A stretch of 55,173 nucleotides of DNA, the filler included, from Bipalium vagum (lineage: Eukaryota), in assembly GCA_037834085.1 (NCBI GenBank). It is 3 parts of 3 records of this genome, joined end to end, with 100 filler letters (N's around TTAATTAATTAA, not from the genome) between each part and the next. Parts side by side here need not be neighbours in the genome. Positions count along the whole stretch, not along the records: positions 39,224 to 55,173 come from JBBMKC010136636.1; 2 more parts are not named here. One strand, 5' to 3'. The notes below the pieces were generated by a model. The model had not been told where the DNA came from and did no database searches. It saw nothing but the letters and a program-made list of their open reading frames with translations. The translations under genes and the position numbers were made by a program. Every line of letters starts with the position of its first letter. The stretch's first letter is position 1. Shown here piece after piece: positions 52,331 to 55,173 of this stretch.

Positions 52331-53129
52331 AATGAAGATTGTATAAGAAGTTCGGTTTCAATTTATAACTTGACAAAACCAAATTTTTATCAAGACATTG
52401 AAATTGAAAACTTCACTTTTTAAAAAGAAACAAAATGAATGATTTATATTAGATTTTATATATATTTATATAATATATTGTATATATTATATTATATTTT
52501 GTATTTGGCATCAGTTTTCTATCTGGAAGGGTATAATTACTAACCTTTCTCTTAAAGTTAAATTAATTTTTATAATTTTTAAAATGAAAACCTTTGATAA
52601 TTTTGACAAAACAAAATCAAGACCTTTTCTCTATTTTATCAAATGATGATTTTGATAACAATAAGAATTAAAAACAATGATTTTGACCTCATGGCAGCAA
52701 GCCATAGTTTCATTTGTAAGAGAAAGGGTAAAATAATTAGAGATTTCAAAAAGAATTTATATCAAATTGTGAAAATTCTAAAATTAAAAAGAAACTACAC
52801 ATTTTCAATGGTTTTCCTATTGATTCTACGTAAAATATTTATATTAAAAAGAACGGTTTTTGAAAATGAAGACATCACAATGGTTTTAATGAAGAAAAAA
52901 CGTCGAAGAGCACAAGCGCAACATATCAAGTAAAATTAATCGAATTTCGAAAATAAATAATGAAATAGGTAAAAATTAGAATCGTGTGAAATGGTATTCG
53001 TTAAAAATTTATTTATTAACATCGCCTGTAACCTGATATAAAATGTATAATAATAAATAAATTTTCAACTGTTAAATTATTATATTTCAAAGAGTAAAAT
53101 GTCTTTAAAATGTGCCGTGTATCTTACAA

Positions 53130-53800
53130 ATTTATAAAACTTCAATGAAATTAACTTCAACGATCTTTTTGTCCAGTTTTGAAATGATTACAGATATTTT
53201 GTGAGCCAGTCGTTCAAGACCACCAATATGATAATTACTAATACCAGTTATTCATTCATGTTCTATAGACTAAGAAGGTAAATAGAAAAAACAATGAAAT
53301 ACGTATAAGAACTTTTTATTCAGTTAAGTCACCATTGTATTAAACACATTTGTGTTAAATTACCACAATCATTAATCTTTGGATTGTTTTTATTTATCTT
53401 TTTCAAATAATTCCAAGGTTGTACTTCGTTTAATTTATAGTGAACATTTCCATCCATATTCATGATGTATATTAGATAATTTTCTCTTTGTATTTTTTAC
53501 TAATATTTCTTTGAATCTTCTGAATCCATGGAACAATTTTACCAACATGAGAGTTGGAGCTCCCCGATGTATTGTTGTTCTAGTTATTAGAAACGTTTAG
53601 TTGCACTTGATATCCGAAACTTTTAGTTTTAATTTTTGAAATTCATTTGGTTTTGTCTCCTTCATGTTATCGTTTCAAGGTATTAGATAGTTCTTTCAAA
53701 AATTGTAAATGTATTCCAAACTAACTTTAACCCAGCTTAATGTGTTATTACTGAAATATTTGTATTATTAATGAGATTTCTTATTTCGAAAATTTAAGCT
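53130..53800 (-). mobile_element. Possible pogo/Tigger-like relic
   Basis: IMNMDG (xNMDET-like) followed by decayed VI..GGL/LND remnants. Very degraded. Confidence 0.3.
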
Positions 53801-54049
53801 TACTTTTTTCTATACTGTACAATTTTTTTTTAAAGAAAAAGTATTAAAATATTTACATTTACGAACTATTGTCCTATAACTCGTTGACACAAGCTTATCA
53901 GCTTGTTTTTCCTTATTTAAACTTTACAAAAGAATTAAACAAGTTAACTATAGATTTGTAAAAAGTGTTCAGATATTTCAAAAATATTATTAAAATTTTA
54001 AATATTAATAATGATTAAAAAAAAAATAAAAGTAATTAATGCAAGTAAT

Positions 54050-54850
54050 GTTTGGAAAATTTTTAGAAAATTTAGAAACAATTTTATTTTTAAAGATATT
54101 TATTTTATATTCAATAATGAGTAGTAAAGACAAACGGTTAGAAATTTGACCAACGTTGTTATCAATATTGATGGATATTATGGAAGTAAAAATCGAACAA
54201 TATAAAAAAAAATCACTAGAATATAAAAGATATGTCGATGTCTTCTTAAACTGCAAGAATGAGATCGATATCGATTAGTCTCCAAAATTTAAGAATAATC
54301 TCTACGAAAATTTAAAATTCACCTATGGAAAGGAAAACGATGAAAAATTTAAATTTCTGCACATAATTATTAAAAAAGAGAAAGGAAAACAAATTAAAAA
54401 TTAAGATGTATAGAAAGATATGATATAGGATAATAATCCAGATGACATTTTCTGTGAAGAAAAATTTAAAATTGATCTAATAAAAAGATTAATCTGAATT
54501 ATGTTCGTTGACATCGGTCTATAAATTATATAAAATATAATTAAAAAATTATTTACCAAAAAAATATTGAAATTAAAATTTAAAAAAGAAAAAAATGTAA
54601 TAAGTTATTAAAAACAAAATTTTCAAAATGGCTTAGAACCTTTAAGAATGCAATAAAAACGCTTTAAGAAAGATTTACAATATCAATAACATCTTTCATA
54701 AAAATTAAAACACCAGAATTATATAAATAAAGAAGAAAAAAGTTAATAAGAATATTAAATGTCCAATTTTTATTTCAAATAAATGAAAAAGAAAGGGTAA
54801 AACTACAGTTTTTATTAAAAATCTATATTATTCCAATGACATCACGGATT
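54050..54850 (+). mobile_element. Penelope-like retroelement reverse-transcriptase relic
   Basis: NNFIFKDIY, PTLLSILMDIMEVKI, YKRYVDVFL (RYVDD), ENLKFTYGKENDEKFKFLHI (KFTxExE...FLD) and KMYRK, in PLE RT motif order. Confidence 0.7.
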
Positions 54851-54933
54851 CATTTAGCATGATAGATCTTTATATTTAAAGAACTTCACCGAAGTAAAAT
54901 TTTGAGCTCTGCTCTTGAAATAGTGTTAATATA

Positions 54934-55173
54934 CAGGGTGTCCCAAAAGTCAATGGTAATATAAATGATAAAAATACATATGAATTGGTATTTTTGAAAA
55001 TTCCTGTCGAGTTATTATTTCCAATTGCTGTAGATTCATTGGCTTGTGCATGTAGAAATTATTCTTTAAGTACCCCCATAGAAAAAATTCTAGTGGAGTT
55101 AAATCGGGAGATCTTGCTGACCAAGTTACTGTGGAACCACGACCAATCCATCTTTGAGGAAAGTGTTGATTTA
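54934..55173 (-). mobile_element. 3' end of a rosa/DD41D-type Tc1-mariner element, running off the window
   Basis: TA-cagggtgtcccaaaagtc TIR. Minus strand NQHFPQRWIGRGSTVTWSARSPDLTPLEFFLWGYLK. Confidence 0.85.

Overview
AT-rich eukaryotic (animal) genomic DNA with many minimal introns of 41-61 nt. A free-living flatworm such as a planarian is plausible, but that is inference only. The window is not one locus: two artificial 100-nt spacers (44 N + TTAATTAATTAA + 44 N, at 19543-19642 and 39124-39223) join three separate pieces. Piece 1 (1-19542) holds the 3' exons of an NR5/FTZ-F1-type nuclear receptor (+; LBD, AF-2 and an extra C-terminal tail), converging on the last 11 exons (~1430 aa) of an axonemal dynein heavy chain, DNAH2-like (-). 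Piece 2 (19643-39123) holds a complete 10-exon, 369-aa three-domain gelsolin/severin-like gene (+), a head-to-head paralog with only exons 1-2 visible (-), a short divergent ELM2-SANT (CoREST-like) gene (+), a near-full-length dead mariner with TIRs, two Merlin relics, an LTR protease relic and a decayed parvovirus/Polinton-type PLA2 gene. Piece 3 (39224-55173) holds the last three exons of an ABHD8-like alpha/beta hydrolase (-), with Tc1, DD37E-like, mariner, Chapaev3-like, pogo-like, Penelope-like and rosa-like relics nearby. I cannot establish a new biological system from this sequence. The best leads are (i) a dispersed tRNA-Ala-derived element whose acceptor stem is extended by a 13-bp inverted repeat, (ii) the viral-type PLA2 fossil, (iii) the minimal CoREST-like gene and (iv) the FTZ-F1 F-domain with a possible 3'UTR overlap with dynein. 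All family assignments come from recalled motifs; no database search was run.
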